DNA of 64,000 nucleotides from assembly GCF_000143415.4 (NCBI RefSeq), contig NW_003314261.1:3836880-3900879 (forward strand). Reading direction: 5' to 3'. Shown here one piece after another: positions 61,757 through 64,000 of the stretch. This stretch comes from Selaginella moellendorffii. Lineage: Eukaryota; Plantae; Lycopodiophyta. The notes under the pieces were generated by a model, which worked only from the letters and a program-made list of their open reading frames with translations, was not told the origin of the DNA and searched no databases. A program made the translations under genes and the position numbers. Each line of letters opens with the position of its first letter. Positions within the stretch are counted from its first letter, which is position 1.

Positions 61757-63060
61757 ATGTTGCAAGGCTTGTCGCCGTGTTTCACCGGTAAGGAGCTCTT
61801 GTGTGGTTCCTCTAGAGCTAGCGCTAGAATGACAGTGTTGGTTAATGCAAGCACCAAGGATCCCAGCGAAGACGATGAAGTTACGAATAAGCTCGCGAGC
61901 ACCAAGAACTTGGATGATCTTACAGTCGTGTCATTCTATAAGTTTGCTGATATTCCCGACTATACAACGAAGAGACAATCTCTAGTGGATGTTTGCGGCA
62001 GACTGGTAAGCCTTCAAACGAACAAAAACATAAAAATTCCCAGAGTTTTAGAGAAGATTTTTGAAGTGACTCCTGAGCAGCATGTTTCAGGGGGTATTAT
62101 TCTCGCTGCCGAGGGCATCAATGGCAGTATCTCTGGCACGAAAAAAGCCGTGGCGGAGGTCTTGGAGAGCATCCAGGCAGACGCTCGCCTCGCGAATCTG
62201 AGGATAACTCGAGCACCAGCGTCTTACGATGAAGTTGGCAGTGATGGTGCGTTTCGATGGAATCACGTTCGAGTGAGGCTAAAGAAAGAGGTATGCTTCT
62301 CTCTCCTTGTCAAAAGATGTCCTCATTTTCTATCACAACAAAGGTGGTTCCTCTCGGAGTTCCAGGCCTTAATCCTGCAAACAAAGCTGGACAGTACGTG
62401 AAGCCGTCGGACTGGAACGAACTTATCAGTGACCCCGAAACGGTAAAAACCTCGCGTCTATTTCTCCTTCCATGCGCTGAGACCTGTTTGTGCTTCCAGG
62501 TGGTGATCGACGTGAGAAACTCGTACGAAACTCGCATTGGTAGCTTCAAAGGAGCGCTGGATCCTAAAACAGCCTCTTTTCGAGAGTTCCCCGACTGGGT
62601 GGACAAAAACCTCAGCCTCAAGGGCGATCGCCCTTGCAGAATCGCTACGTTTTGCACTGGAGGAATCAGATGCGAAAAAGCAACCGCATTTTTACTCGAC
62701 CGAGGATTCGACGAGGTAACTTTATACGGAAAAAGCTTGAACGTTTTCCAGCAAGCATCTTTATAGGTTTATCATCTGGAGGGAGGCATTCTCAGATACT
62801 TGGAAGAGACACAACCGGCAGAGAGCTTGTGGCAAGGCGAGTGCTTCGTGTTTGATCGTAGAGTTTCGGTGGAGCATAGCTTGGTGCCTGGAACGTATGA
62901 TCTCTGCTATGCTTGTAAGAAGCCAGTGAACAAGCAAGACATGGAGTCTACGGAATGGGAGGCTGGGGTGTCATGTCCACACTGCTTCCACCACAAGAGC
63001 CAGCGAGAAAAAGATAGAGCTCGAGCACGGCAAAGGCAGTTTGACATTCTTAGCTATTAG
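61757..63060 (+). CDS. STR9: Rhodanese-like protein of TrhO/YceA type (STR9-like, plastid), multi-exon
   Basis: [74 protein letters not shown]. Confidence 0.88.
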
Positions 63061-63208
63061 AATTTAATCATGACTTGACTCACTGATTCCTAAGGAATAT
63101 TGTTTATTTTGGTTTATAAATTTTTTTTCTGCATATTATTGATCTTTGTGTAATATGTTTTGTGATTTTAAAATTTATTAAATGCAATAGATTAAACATT
63201 TAATAGGA

Positions 63209-64000
63209 TTAATATGAGCATAATACATGGTCTTTAGTACCTGATGTCCATATAGCAACATTTGGAAATTTTGAGGTATAAACGATAAAATTACAATCAT
63301 TTTGAATAGTAAATAAAGTTAAAAATATGCAATTTGGTTGATTTTTACAAAATGTATTGGTGGCCCATAGAGATTTATTATCATAATACATAACTAAATT
63401 ACCATCAAACTGTAAAGTAAGAAAACAATTATTAACATTTTTTATAGAAGTATTTGATTCCCAAAGAAGTTTATTTGATGAATAAAACATAATATTGCAA
63501 TTAGACTTTAAAATAAATATATTTTTACCATTTGAAGACACTAAAAAATGATCAACATACATAACTGAACCAGGAAATAAAGTATTACTTCTAAGATGAC
63601 AAATTAATTGTTTATCTAAAATTGTATTATGATCAGCAAACTCTCTTGATTTTGGACGTATTAATTTATATTGTATGAAATATTTTTGACTTTCTCTTTC
63701 AAAAAAATCTGAATTATTGATAAACATAAGTTCTTTACTAGCTTCTAAAAGACTTTCAATTCCACGTTTAATATTAAAACCTGTAACAGAATCTTCATAA
63801 AAACATTGATCTTTTGCTTTAATTATTATATCTATATATCCTTGTGATACAGGTATTACAGTCCCATCTCCAAATTTTGATGGATAAAGCTCTTTATTAT
63901 TAAGTTTAAATAACAAACTGTTAAAAGCAGTAATAATTTTATGTATATCTTGAGGATTTAAAATACCACTAATTCCAAACCGAGGCTGAGATCCTGGAGG
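63209..64000 (-). CDS. AT-rich ORF with C-terminal bulb-type (GNA/B) lectin domain; 5' end outside the window
   Basis: Frame is open from 64000; LWESNT, LTLQFDGNLVMY, LWATNT, IQNDCNFIVY, IWTSGT. Confidence 0.8.
   Translation of the reverse strand, partial: PPGSQPRFGISGILNPQDIHKIITAFNSLLFKLNNKELYPSKFGDGTVIPVSQGYIDIIIKAKDQCFYEDSVTGFNIKRGIESLLEASKELMFINNSDFFERESQKYFIQYKLIRPKSREFADHNTILDKQLICHLRSNTLFPGSVMYVDHFLVSSNGKNIFILKSNCNIMFYSSNKLLWESNTSIKNVNNCFLTLQFDGNLVMYYDNKSLWATNTFCKNQPNCIFLTLFTIQNDCNFIVYTSKFPNVAIWTSGTKDHVLCSY

Overview
Eukaryotic plant nuclear DNA: gene-dense, ~50-70 bp introns, PLS-class PPR genes. The style fits the lycophyte Selaginella, but this is an inference. 1-9.6 kb is a nested transposon stack: a Ty3/gypsy element with open gag and pol, LTR fragments, decayed PIF/Harbinger and hAT transposases, and a short copia-like LTR abutting a broken BAHD acyltransferase. 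11-63 kb is a compact run of genes: LRR receptor-like protein, fungal-like nuclease-fold gene, fungal-type FAD oxidase, RBL14-like rhomboid, La, ANK-TPR, MPS1, pGlcT, two PPRs, KS-dehydrin, PRP40, PABP, Ku80, SLH protein, CbbY, STR9-like rhodanese, and an AT-rich B-lectin ORF running off the right edge. Orphan or decayed ORFs lie between them. Most notable: (1) the kinase-less LRR protein carries a BRI1/BRL-type island domain; (2) the gypsy element shows a self-priming PBS and a GGGAAAC plus pseudoknot -1 frameshift signal; (3) two restriction-endonuclease-fold genes and an oxidase look fungal, and one nuclease gene sits between ~0.7-kb direct repeats of host DNA; (4) Ku80 has a U12-type intron; (5) two divergent gene pairs have start codons only 29 and 60 bp apart. 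Family calls come from motif recognition only; no database searches were run.
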